In this document: positions 1 through 9,471 of the stretch, piece by piece | Position numbering within the stretch: position 1 is the stretch's first letter | Layout of the letters: every line of letters starts with the position of its first letter | NCBI GenBank assembly: GCA_903872425.1 | Contig: CAIQKQ010000043.1 | Location: forward strand, 2,071-66,070 | Source of the DNA: an uncultured Opitutia bacterium | GTDB taxonomy: Bacteria > Verrucomicrobiota > Verrucomicrobiia > Opitutales > Opitutaceae | Length of the DNA: 64,000 nucleotides | Reading direction: 5' to 3' | The notes under the pieces: model-generated | What the model was told of the DNA's origin: nothing | What the model saw: the letters and a program-made list of their open reading frames with translations, nothing else | Database searches by the model: none | Made by a program: the position numbers and the translations under genes

Positions 1-834
1 GTTAAGGCCGGCGGTGTCAGTTAGCCGCAGCCAGTGCGGACCGGCCGAGAGGCGTTCCTCAATGAAGTCGCGCGTGGTGCCGGGCTCGGGGCTGACCAGC
101 GCGCGTTCAGTGCCGACGAGGCGATTGAGCAGCGAGCTTTTGCCGGCGTTGGGCTCGCCGACGATTACGGTCTTGATGCCATCGCGCAGCAGTCCGCCGT
201 AATGTTCGGTGGCGAGCAGGCGGGCGGTGTCGGCGAGAATAAATTCCAACGCCGCGCGCACGCGGCCACGGTCCTCCAGCGGCAAATCCTCGTCAGGAAA
301 ATCAATGTAGGCCTCGACTTGCGCCAGAGCACCGAGCAGCGCGTCGGTGAGCGCGGTCATGCGTCGGCCGAGCGCGCCACGCAACTGCTGCTGCGCGGCG
401 GTGAGCGCGCGCTCACTGCGTGCGTGGATGAGATCCATCACCGCCTCGGCCTGGTCGAGCGCGAGGCGACCGTTGAGAAACGCGCGTTGGGTGAACTCGC
501 CCGGCTCGGCTAGCCGGCAGCCGCGCGCGCAGAGATCCTCCAAGATTTTCTGCGCGATGAACGGGTTGCCGTGGCAGGAAATTTCCAGCGCGTCCTCGCC
601 GGTGTAGGAGTTGGGCGCCTGGAAAAACGTTCCGAGCACGTCGTCCACCAGCGCGCCGTGGCGATCGCGGTAGTCGGCGTGCTGCGCCATGCGCGGCAGG
701 GTGGGTGTGTGCGCGCCGAAAATCTCCCGTGCTAACATCGTGCACGCCGGCCCGCTCGCGCGTACGACCGCGATGGCGGCAGTGCCCGCGGGTGTGGCGA
801 GCGCAGCGATGGTATCGGAGTGCAGACGGGACAT
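1..834 (-). CDS. mnmE: tRNA modification GTPase MnmE/TrmE, N-terminal ~278 codons; 3' end lies beyond the window start
   Basis: My own minus-strand translation from the ATG at 834 gives MSRLHSDTIAALATPAGTAAIAVVRASG...FQAPNSYTGEDALEISCHGNP, then G-domain motifs GEPNAGKSSLLN, TTRD and DTAG near base 1. The frame stays open to the window edge, so it has no stop and is absent from the ORF track. Confidence 0.9.
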   Translation of the reverse strand, partial: MSRLHSDTIAALATPAGTAAIAVVRASGPACTMLAREIFGAHTPTLPRMAQHADYRDRHGALVDDVLGTFFQAPNSYTGEDALEISCHGNPFIAQKILEDLCARGCRLAEPGEFTQRAFLNGRLALDQAEAVMDLIHARSERALTAAQQQLRGALGRRMTALTDALLGALAQVEAYIDFPDEDLPLEDRGRVRAALEFILADTARLLATEHYGGLLRDGIKTVIVGEPNAGKSSLLNRLVGTERALVSPEPGTTRDFIEERLSAGPHWLRLTDTAGLN

Positions 835-995
835 GGCCAAGGAAAGGCTGAAAGACCAAGGGGCTGAAAGACTGAAATGGACCGCCGGGACGATGCATTT
901 GGCCGCGTTGGCCCGTTGCCGTTGGAAACAGCCCGGCCGTTTCCACTTCGCCGCGCGTTGACGCCACAAGCGGGGGCCGTTCACTCGTCGGCACT

Positions 996-1745
996 ATGGA
1001 CTGGTTAACGAACCCGGAAATCTGGATCTCCCTGCTCACGCTCACGGCCCTCGAGATCGTGCTGGGCATCGACAACATCATCTTCATCTCGATCCTAGCA
1101 GGCAAACTGCCCGCCGCCGAGCAGGCTAAGGCCCGCCAGACCGGGCTGATGCTCGCGCTGGTCACCCGCGTGCTGCTGCTACTCAGCCTGACCTGGCTGA
1201 TGGGCCTCACAAAGCCGTTGTTCACCCTGCCGATACTCAACCACGGCTTATCAGGGCGCGACCTGATCCTGCTGGTCGGCGGCCTGTTTCTCATCGGAAA
1301 AAGCGTGGTCGAAGTGCATGAGAAACTGGAGGGCGAGGATGGGCACGGGACAGCCGGCAAAGGCCGAGCGTCTTTTGTCGGGGTCATCGTGCAAATCCTC
1401 CTGCTCGACATTGTGTTCTCGCTCGACTCGGTAATCACCGCCGTCGGCATGGCCAGTAATCTGGCCGTGATGATCGCCGCTGTAGTGATCGCGCTGGGCG
1501 TGATGCTGGTGTTCGCCGGCGCGATCAGCGATTTCGTAAACCGCCACCCGACGCTGAAGATGTTGGCGCTGAGCTTCCTCATCCTGATCGGCGTGACCTT
1601 GGTCGGCGAAAGCCTCGGACAGCACATACCGAAGGGCTACATCTACTTCTCGATGGCATTCGCCTTCGGCGTCGAGATGCTTAACTTGCGCCTGCGCGTG
1701 AAGGGAAAAACCAAGCCAGTCGAGTTGCACCAGCCGTATCGCTGA
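996..1745 (+). CDS. TerC family integral membrane protein
   Basis: 249-aa multi-TM ORF with LGIDNIIFISIL and FSLDSVITAVG motifs characteristic of TerC/YoaE-type proteins. Confidence 0.88.
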   Translation: MDWLTNPEIWISLLTLTALEIVLGIDNIIFISILAGKLPAAEQAKARQTGLMLALVTRVLLLLSLTWLMGLTKPLFTLPILNHGLSGRDLILLVGGLFLIGKSVVEVHEKLEGEDGHGTAGKGRASFVGVIVQILLLDIVFSLDSVITAVGMASNLAVMIAAVVIALGVMLVFAGAISDFVNRHPTLKMLALSFLILIGVTLVGESLGQHIPKGYIYFSMAFAFGVEMLNLRLRVKGKTKPVELHQPYR

Positions 1746-1757
1746 CGGGGCGCTGAC

Positions 1758-3053
1758 TCAACGCGCGTCCAGCACCAGCGGAGTGACGCGCGCACCCTCG
1801 GCGACCTTGTCGCCGGGATAGACGATCACGGTGTCGCCTTCGCGCAGGCCTCCGAGTACCTCGGTCGCGACGCCATTGCTGTGGCCGACTTGTACGTCGC
1901 GACGCCGAGCGCGGCCGTTCTCCAGTACGAAACATTGCCACGCTCCGCCGCGCTGAAAGAGCGCACCGGTAGGGACGCACAGCGCGTCGGCCGACTCCCA
2001 CGTCACGATGCGCGCCTCGACCCGATAACCATCGCCGAGCGCCGCACGTTTTTCGAGTGCGTCGGTGAAGTCGGCGACGACATAAACGCGTTGTTCCTCC
2101 ACACCGAGCGCGGAGATTTTCGTGAACGCCGCCGGCTCGACGAGCCGCACACGCGCCGCCAACGGCTCCGGACCACCCCAGCGCAAGAGGATTACACGCG
2201 CACCAGGTTGGATCGCCACGCCATCGCGCGAGAGCACTTCAATACGCGCCTCTAGGTCGGCGGGGTCGCCGATTTCCACCAGCGGAAAGCCCGCCGACAC
2301 CATGCGCTCGCTTTCCTGCAACACGCGTAAAATTTTTCCACCGACCGGCGAGGTGAGTGCGATCGGTTCGGCCGCCGCTGTGCCGCCGTCCGAACCTAAG
2401 CCGGACGAAAGCGCCGCGCCGTGCCCGAGCACCGCGCGCGTCTGCTCCAACTCAAACTCCGCCACTTTCCACGCGAACTCCGCCGCGCGCGCGTCCTGCC
2501 CTGCCGTTTCGGCGCGCATCTGGGCCACGTCGAATTCCTGCTGGGACAAAACTTTCTGGGCGAACAGCTCCTTGAGCCGCGCGAAGTCCGCCACATACAT
2601 TTTGGCCGCCGTGGCCGCGCGCTCGCGCTGGGCCGCGGCCGCGTCGCGCGCTGCCCCAGCCGCGTTCACTCGCGCTACCGCTTGCGCCTGGGTGCGCGCG
2701 TCGAGGAAGTCCGCGCCGCCACCCTCGAGGAGGGCAAGTACGGTCTGGCCTGCTACGACGGGAGCACCGGCTTTCCAGTCTATGCGCCGCAGATGCCCGG
2801 CAACCGGCGCCGAGACGACGTAGCGGTTGCGCACGCGCGTCATGCCCTCTTCGTCCACGGTCACAACAAGCGGTCCGCGCTCGACCACCGCGACCTCGAC
2901 CGACGTCGGGCGCGGCCACAGGCCGACAACGACGAGCGCGACGAGCAGCGCGCCGCCCAGCCACGGCAGACGGTGGCGCCATGCGGCCGCACCCGAGTGT
3001 TTGGCAGGAAAGGAAGACGGGGAAGATGGGTTCATGGAAAAAGTATCAGGCAA
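1758..3053 (-). CDS. HlyD/MacA-type periplasmic adaptor (membrane fusion protein) of an ABC exporter
   Basis: 431 aa with an N-terminal TM segment, an Ala/Gln-rich coiled-coil hairpin and beta-barrel-like ends. It is the last gene of a same-strand ABC ATPase - FtsX permease - adaptor trio. Confidence 0.85.
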   Translation of the reverse strand: MPDTFSMNPSSPSSFPAKHSGAAAWRHRLPWLGGALLVALVVVGLWPRPTSVEVAVVERGPLVVTVDEEGMTRVRNRYVVSAPVAGHLRRIDWKAGAPVVAGQTVLALLEGGGADFLDARTQAQAVARVNAAGAARDAAAAQRERAATAAKMYVADFARLKELFAQKVLSQQEFDVAQMRAETAGQDARAAEFAWKVAEFELEQTRAVLGHGAALSSGLGSDGGTAAAEPIALTSPVGGKILRVLQESERMVSAGFPLVEIGDPADLEARIEVLSRDGVAIQPGARVILLRWGGPEPLAARVRLVEPAAFTKISALGVEEQRVYVVADFTDALEKRAALGDGYRVEARIVTWESADALCVPTGALFQRGGAWQCFVLENGRARRRDVQVGHSNGVATEVLGGLREGDTVIVYPGDKVAEGARVTPLVLDAR

Positions 3054-3152
3054 GGTCGGTGGCTTGTCCCGGCCGTGCGCCGACCGGGCGGCACGTGCAA
3101 AACACGCGCATGACGGAGCTGGTTCGGGTTTGAGAAAAAGTAGTGCATGGTT

Positions 3153-5528
3153 TCAGTCGAGCGCCTTGAGCGCGCCCGCGAGATCGAGGCCCGCGATCTT
3201 GCGCGCTGCGAGCCAGGCCGACAACGCCGAAGCGGTGGCCACCACGGCGACGGCGAATGCGTAGTTCGCCGTCGTGAGCACGAGTGGCAACCGCACGGTT
3301 TCGGTGCTTACGGTCGTAACTATGGCCCGAGCGAGTTGGGTGCCGACGAGCAGCCCAAGCGGCAGCGCAGAGAGTGTGAGCAGCACCAGTTCACCCACTA
3401 GTACGGCACCGACCTCGCGGCGGGTGAAACCGAGCACGCGTAGTGTCGCCAGCTCGCGCGCACGTTCGGAGAGCGAAATGCGCGCGCTATTGTAGATGAT
3501 GCCGAAGGCCACAATGGCCGCGAACGTCGCATACATTTTTTGCAGCAGACCGATGCTTTCCGCGGTCGTCGCCCGGAAGCCTTCGCGGAGCGAATTTTTC
3601 ACATAGCAGCCGGCGATTTGCGGCGTTGCCTTCAGCGCGCGGAGAAAGGTGTCCCATTCGCCTGCGGCCACGGTGAGGTGCGCGCCGTTCACGCGGTCGC
3701 CCTCCAGAAGGAGGCGGTTGACCGCGCCAAGTTCCATATAGGCCGCGACGCCGGCAAAGTCATCCGCCAGCCCGGCGAGCGGCACGACCAGATCGCGCGC
3801 CTCACCCTCCAGTGGACGAATGGTGAGCGGGTCGCCGGGTTGAACGTGAAGCACCTCAGCAAGTTTCGCGGAGATAATTAGACCGCGCTCGGGTAACGTG
3901 AGTTGGGCCGGGTGCCCGTCTATCACGCGGTCGAGGGAGCCCCGCGCCGGTAGGCCTTGTAGTGCGAGCCGCCGCACCTGCGGCCCGGAGCGCAGCTCCA
4001 CCGGCACCGAGCGAAATGGCTCGGCCAGCACCACGCCCGGTAGATGCTGAAAATCGGCGAGTACACGCGCCGCCTGCGGCTCGGCGAGCATGACCGTCAC
4101 GGTCTGGCGCTGCACCACGTCCCACTGGAAATCGAGCACATGCGCGATGCCGTCGCGCATCGCGTTCGGCAAAATCAAAATCCCCGTGGCCAGCGCCAGC
4201 GCGAGGCACGTCAACGCGCTGCGCGCGGGCCGACGGCGGATGTTGCGCAGCGCCATGCGTGACGACGGTCCGAGCCAGCGCGCGATGCGTAGCCGCTCGA
4301 ACCATGCTGGCCGGTAGCTTGCGGGCGCCTCGGGACGCATCGCTTCGGCTGGTGGCAACTGCACCGCGCGTTGGACCGCACCCGCGACCCCGGCTAGCGC
4401 CGCGAGCGCGCTCGCCGCCGCCGCAGTACCAAGGGCGGGAAGATCCGGCTGGAAGCGCAGTGCCGGGAAGCGGAAGAAAATATGGTAGAGATCTACGAAT
4501 TTTCCGCCGAGGAACAGCCCACCCGCCGTGCCGAGCACCACGCCCCCTGCGACGATGACCAGGGCAAACTTGAGGTAGTGCGCGCCGACCTGCGCGTTGG
4601 AAAAACCGCACGCCTTGAGCATCGCGATTTGCTCGCGTTGGAGTGCGACCTGCCGCGCCATCACGGAATTCACCATAAATGCCGCCACGCTCAGGAAAAC
4701 GAGTGGGAACGCGAACGACAGCGCCTTCAGCACGCGCAACTCGTCAGTCAGCCGGCGGTCAGACGGGTGGTTGTTGCGGCCGTAAGTGCCCCGTCCGCCA
4801 TAGGGCGCTAATAGACGATCCACGGCGGCGAGCACCGCTTCCTCGGCTACATCGGGCGCGAGCGTAAGCGCCACACTGTTAAACCCGCCGTAGAGCTGGA
4901 ACGCCGTCGCCAGTTCCTTATACGGGGCCCAGAATACACCGTAGGTCTTGTTGTCCGGCAACGCCGCGCCCGGTGGCGCCTCAAATATGAACTCGGGCGA
5001 CAGCACGATGCCGGTGAGTAGGAATTTTTGCTTTCGCCCGTTCAGCACCGCGGAAACCGTGTCGCCCGGCCGCAGTCCATGCGCCTCGGCGAACGCCTCA
5101 CCGACCGCCAGCTCGGCCAGCGCGCCGCCGCTCTGCGCCTCCGGCAGCCGGCCAGCGCGCAGATACGGCCGGTTGAGCACGGGTGCGCCGCGCTCGGGGA
5201 GTGAGTTGAACAAACCGGTCGCCGGTTCGGCCAGACCGGGCACATCGAGGGTGACTTGGAGGGCTAGGCCGGTTTCGACGGTCGCAACGCCGGGGATGGC
5301 GGCGAGCTGCTCGCGGACGGCGTTGGGTGCGCGCTTGAGCCGCGCGAAGACCTGCGCAAAACGGTTCTCCCGGTAGTAGCCGTCGCGCGCCGCCGTGAGC
5401 GAGAGCATGAGCGAGCGCGTGGTGATCATCATCGCCAGACCGCACGCCATGACCAGCGCGACCGCGAGCGCCTGCGTCTTGAGCGAGCGGAGGTCGCGGA
5501 GGAGCTTGCGGTCAAGGAGGGGCATCAC
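3153..5528 (-). CDS. ABC transporter permease with two FtsX-type modules (MacB/YbbP-like)
   Basis: 791 aa with two repeats of a large periplasmic loop followed by a C-terminal 3-TM FtsX-like bundle. Flanked by the ATPase and adaptor genes. Confidence 0.85.
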   Translation of the reverse strand: MMPLLDRKLLRDLRSLKTQALAVALVMACGLAMMITTRSLMLSLTAARDGYYRENRFAQVFARLKRAPNAVREQLAAIPGVATVETGLALQVTLDVPGLAEPATGLFNSLPERGAPVLNRPYLRAGRLPEAQSGGALAELAVGEAFAEAHGLRPGDTVSAVLNGRKQKFLLTGIVLSPEFIFEAPPGAALPDNKTYGVFWAPYKELATAFQLYGGFNSVALTLAPDVAEEAVLAAVDRLLAPYGGRGTYGRNNHPSDRRLTDELRVLKALSFAFPLVFLSVAAFMVNSVMARQVALQREQIAMLKACGFSNAQVGAHYLKFALVIVAGGVVLGTAGGLFLGGKFVDLYHIFFRFPALRFQPDLPALGTAAAASALAALAGVAGAVQRAVQLPPAEAMRPEAPASYRPAWFERLRIARWLGPSSRMALRNIRRRPARSALTCLALALATGILILPNAMRDGIAHVLDFQWDVVQRQTVTVMLAEPQAARVLADFQHLPGVVLAEPFRSVPVELRSGPQVRRLALQGLPARGSLDRVIDGHPAQLTLPERGLIISAKLAEVLHVQPGDPLTIRPLEGEARDLVVPLAGLADDFAGVAAYMELGAVNRLLLEGDRVNGAHLTVAAGEWDTFLRALKATPQIAGCYVKNSLREGFRATTAESIGLLQKMYATFAAIVAFGIIYNSARISLSERARELATLRVLGFTRREVGAVLVGELVLLTLSALPLGLLVGTQLARAIVTTVSTETVRLPLVLTTANYAFAVAVVATASALSAWLAARKIAGLDLAGALKALD

Positions 5529-5648
5529 AGGGTGGCATCAGGAGCTGGAAGCGCGCGGCACGCGGGAGGAGAAACTGGGGCGAACGGGAAGCATGGTGTA
5601 GGTTGGGTCATTTTCTCCCGACGCCTGAACGCAGACGGTTGGCGGCCT

Positions 5649-6407
5649 TTACCACGCTAGGTCGCGTACAGAGCCGCGGTGCGCGTTGGTGCGTGCGTTC
5701 ACGATGCGGCCATCGGACAGGGTGAATACCCGGTCGGCCATATCGGCGAGGATGGCATTGTGGGTGATGATGACGGCCAGCGTGCCGAGCTCGCCGTTGA
5801 TGCGCTCGATGGCCTCAAGCACCGTGATGCCCGTCTTCACGTCGAGTGCGCCGGTCGGCTCGTCACAGAGAAGCACCTCAGGGCGCTTGGCGATGGCGCG
5901 TGCGATGGCGACCCGTTGTTGCTCGCCGCCGGAGAGCTGAGCGGGAAAATGATCCAGGCGCGCACCAAGGCCGACGAGGTCGAGCGCAGCCTCGGGCGTC
6001 ATCGGGTCGCGACAAATCTCGGTGATGAGGGCGACATTCTCGCGCGCGGTGAGGCTGGGAATGAGGTTGTAAGCCTGAAACACGAAGCCGACGGCGTTGC
6101 GACGGAACTGCGTGAGCGCCGCCTCGTCGGCCACGCCGAGATTCCAGCCGCGATAGCGCAGGGTGCCCTGCGTGGGGGAGTCGAGACCGCCGAGCTGGTT
6201 GAGGAGCGTGGACTTTCCGCTACCCGACGCGCCGAGCAGCACGATGAGCTCGCCGGCAAAGAGGTCTAGGTCGACGCCGGCGAGTGCCGTGACCGCTGCC
6301 GTTCCCTCACCGAAAACGCGTGCCAGCCCGCGCACCTCGAACACCGGCGCGCGATGCGGGGCGCCTGCAGACCCGGGCGAGTGGATGGCTTCAGCGGTGG
6401 GCGGCAT
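5649..6407 (-). CDS. ABC transporter ATP-binding protein (LolD/MacB-type)
   Basis: Walker [10 protein letters not shown], signature [14 protein letters not shown], Walker [12 protein letters not shown]. Start taken at the internal Met (MPPTAEAI); the ORF extends to 6446. Confidence 0.9.
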   Translation of the reverse strand: MPPTAEAIHSPGSAGAPHRAPVFEVRGLARVFGEGTAAVTALAGVDLDLFAGELIVLLGASGSGKSTLLNQLGGLDSPTQGTLRYRGWNLGVADEAALTQFRRNAVGFVFQAYNLIPSLTARENVALITEICRDPMTPEAALDLVGLGARLDHFPAQLSGGEQQRVAIARAIAKRPEVLLCDEPTGALDVKTGITVLEAIERINGELGTLAVIITHNAILADMADRVFTLSDGRIVNARTNAHRGSVRDLAW

Positions 6408-6501
6408 AGCGAGGCCGAATGAAACGCGCCTCGCGCTCCGCCGCAACGTGCAAACACAGCGGCCCGGTCCGAAAGCTTTGAATTAAAGGTGACGCCGCAA
6501 A

Positions 6502-9351
6502 TTATCTGGCGGGCAGGAGCGGTCGTTCGGTTGCCACCGGCAGGGCAGACAGTTCGGTGGTGGTGGGCAGCGGCGTGATGATTTCCTGCAGGGCGGCGCG
6601 GAGAGCGGGGAGGCGAGTGTCGTCGGCGACGGGGTCGTTGTGCTCGTCCTCAATATAGAACGTGTCAATCGCCACGCCGCGCTCGGTGCCGATGCGCGCG
6701 AAGGTGATGTCGAAATGGTGGTCGGAAATTGTTTTCGCCAGCCGGAAGAGCAAACCGATCTCGTCCTTGGCCTGAATCTCGACGATGGTGCGCTCCATGG
6801 AGAGCTCGTGATAAACGTCCACGGTTGGCGGAAATGAGGTGTGGAGGCCACCGTCGGTGGGTACGACGAGGAGTCGGCTGGCGGCGTGCTTCTTGGCCTG
6901 CGCGACGATGTCGGGCAGGAGATCGCGATTGCGGACGAGCGCTTCCTCGACGGTGCGGGCGAACGTTTGCTGCGCTTGGGCGCTTTGCACGATGCCGCCG
7001 CGTGCGGGGTCGATAACGTGGAAAGTGTCGATCGCGATGTGGTCGCTGCGCGAGATGACTTTGGCCCCGAGAATCGAAAGGCCGGCGACGCCGAACGCGC
7101 CGGCAAGTTTGTAGAACAGCCCGGCCCGGTCCCAGGTGACGACGTGGACGACAGTGAGCGAGCGGTTGAGGTCGTCGTGCCACTCGATAATGGGCACAAG
7201 CGAGCCAACGGAGTCAGCGGCGGCGATGGACGCGAAAAGGCGGTTGACCATGCGCAGGTGCAGCGCGATCTCGGCTGCCTCGGTCTGGATGAAGTACCGT
7301 TCGGGTAAGAGATGGAAATGCGCGGTGATCTCTTCCGGGCCGACGCCGGGAGTGTTTTGGGCAATGAGTTCCTGCTGGAGCATCTGGAGGCGCTGGGTAT
7401 GGCGGGCGGCGACGCCCTCACCGTGGATCAGGCGGTCGAGTGTGGCGCGGTAGAGAGTGGTGTGAAGGGTGTCCTTGTAGTCGTTCCACAGCCCCGCGGC
7501 GGTGCCGCGTGCATCGCAAAACGTGTGAACGTAGAGGAAGCAGAGCTTCTCGGCGTCGGGCATGAGGGCGGCGAAAGCGGTGGCGGTATTAGGGTCATCC
7601 ACGTCCCGCTTCTGCCAGAAGCGTGCCATGAGCAGATGATTTTTGATGAGAAAAATAACCGTCTCTGCCTCGGCGGGATCCAAGTTGAGGCGGGTGAGGA
7701 GTGGGCGGGCGATCTCGACGCCGCTTTCGGCGTGGCCGGCAATGCCGCGGGCCTTGCCGATGTCGTGTAACAACAAGGTGACATAGAGCAGTGCAGGGCG
7801 GGCGGTTTCGTGTAGCGCGGCGCGGTATTTAAGCTGCGGTGGGCCGGGCTCAGTAAAGACGAGGTCGAGCTCGCGGATGGTGTTGAGCGTGTGAATGTCG
7901 GCCGTGTAGCGGTGGTAAAACTCGTGCTGTACGAGGCAGGTGAGCGCTTTGAACTCGGGAATGAACCGTCCGAGTATGCCGAGCTCGTGCATGAGGTTGA
8001 GGGTGGGGAAGACCGCTCCAGCCTCGTCGAGGATTGCGCGGAAACTGATGCACGCGTCGGGCGACTGGCTGATGTTTCGCGTGATGAGTGGCAGTGAGTC
8101 CTGAATGAGCGTTTGGAGGGCGAAGTCCGGTTGCGCCTGCAGTTGCTGGCAGTGGCGGAACACGCGGATGAGCCGCACAGGGTCGGCCTGGAACACGTCC
8201 GGCGTGTCTGCGCTCAGCTCGGTGCCACGCAGGACGAAGCCGTCCACGCGTTTGGTTTTCTGGAAGCGCGTCGAGCGTACGAGCGCGCGAAAAGAAAATT
8301 TTTCCGCGCCCGCCGCCGGCCCGGCCGCGAGGGCGAGGCGATTTTCTGCAATTTTGGAGATGCGGTAAATCGTCTGCGCGGCGCGGTAGTAGTCGTGCAT
8401 GAACTCCTCGACCCGGCCGAGTGCATTGCGCTGCGTGTAGCCAAGGCCGGCGGCGACCTTCGGCTGCGCCTCGAGGTCAAGCAGGTCGGTCGGACGTTTG
8501 CCGATAAAATGCAGCTCGTTACGTGCGCGCAGGAGAAAATCATAGGCGCGGGAAAAGTCGCGCAGCTCGTTTTTGCGAAGGTAATTTTGCGCCGCTAGCT
8601 CGTCTAGGCCGGCGACGCCGAACTTGACTCGCGCCATCCAGATCGCGTTCTGAAAATCGCGCAGACCGCCCATGCCGTTCTTGATGTCCGGCTCCTGCAG
8701 AAAAACCGTGCCGGCCTTTGCGCGGCGCGCGGCCTGGTCGGCGAGGCGGGCTGCGATGTAGTCGAGCGGTTTCTCGGTAGTGTAAAAATTACGAAAGGCC
8801 GTCGCAAAGCCTTCAAACAGCGGTGCGGAGCCGGCCACCAGCCGGGCCTCGATCAGCGCCGTCTTGGTCTGGATGTCGCCGCGTGCTTCGGCGAACGCCT
8901 CCTCGACCGTGCGGGTCGAATGGCCGACTTTTAGGCCGCAGTCCCAGAGCGGGTAAAGGATTTCGTCAATGAGGTGCTGCTGGAGGGGCTTGATCGCGTC
9001 CGGCTTCGCCTTCGACGGAAAGAGAAACATGATGTCAATGTCACTGAACGGCGAGAGTTCCGCGCGACCATAGCCGCCGAGCGCGAGTAGCGCGACCGGG
9101 GAAGGCGGTGCGCCGTGTTTCCGTGCAAAGTCGGCCAGCGCGTAGTCAAACAGGTGTGCCAGAAGGGCGTCCACCATCGCGCTGCGCGCCCGGGTGACGG
9201 CGAGGCCTGGCTCGCCTGCGTCGTGGTGCATGCGGATCATCGCGCTTTCGAGGCGGAGGAACGTCTTGCACGCGGCGAGGCGCTTCGCCATCGGTGCCTC
9301 GTCGGCAAAGTCGAGGCGGGCGCGCGCGTGTTTCTGGATACGTCCGTTCAT
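6502..9351 (-). CDS. glnD: [protein-PII] uridylyltransferase / uridylyl-removing enzyme GlnD
   Basis: About 950 aa with a nucleotidyltransferase N-domain (LLALGGYGRAELSPFSDIDIMFLF), an HD domain (LLLHDIGKARG) and two C-terminal ACT-like repeats. Start taken at MNGRIQKH; the ORF extends to 9390. Confidence 0.9.
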   Translation of the reverse strand: MNGRIQKHARARLDFADEAPMAKRLAACKTFLRLESAMIRMHHDAGEPGLAVTRARSAMVDALLAHLFDYALADFARKHGAPPSPVALLALGGYGRAELSPFSDIDIMFLFPSKAKPDAIKPLQQHLIDEILYPLWDCGLKVGHSTRTVEEAFAEARGDIQTKTALIEARLVAGSAPLFEGFATAFRNFYTTEKPLDYIAARLADQAARRAKAGTVFLQEPDIKNGMGGLRDFQNAIWMARVKFGVAGLDELAAQNYLRKNELRDFSRAYDFLLRARNELHFIGKRPTDLLDLEAQPKVAAGLGYTQRNALGRVEEFMHDYYRAAQTIYRISKIAENRLALAAGPAAGAEKFSFRALVRSTRFQKTKRVDGFVLRGTELSADTPDVFQADPVRLIRVFRHCQQLQAQPDFALQTLIQDSLPLITRNISQSPDACISFRAILDEAGAVFPTLNLMHELGILGRFIPEFKALTCLVQHEFYHRYTADIHTLNTIRELDLVFTEPGPPQLKYRAALHETARPALLYVTLLLHDIGKARGIAGHAESGVEIARPLLTRLNLDPAEAETVIFLIKNHLLMARFWQKRDVDDPNTATAFAALMPDAEKLCFLYVHTFCDARGTAAGLWNDYKDTLHTTLYRATLDRLIHGEGVAARHTQRLQMLQQELIAQNTPGVGPEEITAHFHLLPERYFIQTEAAEIALHLRMVNRLFASIAAADSVGSLVPIIEWHDDLNRSLTVVHVVTWDRAGLFYKLAGAFGVAGLSILGAKVISRSDHIAIDTFHVIDPARGGIVQSAQAQQTFARTVEEALVRNRDLLPDIVAQAKKHAASRLLVVPTDGGLHTSFPPTVDVYHELSMERTIVEIQAKDEIGLLFRLAKTISDHHFDITFARIGTERGVAIDTFYIEDEHNDPVADDTRLPALRAALQEIITPLPTTTELSALPVATERPLLPAR

Positions 9352-9471
9352 GGGCGCAGGCAGGCAAAGGGAAATTGTCCCGCGGCGCAAAGCGGTAAAT
9401 AGAGCGCTCGGTCGGCGAGGGAATGCTTGTCACCCCGCGGGTGAACGCAAAAGGCGTTACATCCGCGCGGC

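Noticed and set aside
413-1627. 404-aa minus-strand ORF spanning the mnmE/TerC junction
   Set aside because: Arg/Pro/Ser-rich low-complexity translation. It is out of frame with mnmE where the two overlap (413-834) and antisense to TerC, both of which are well supported. A typical high-GC artefact.
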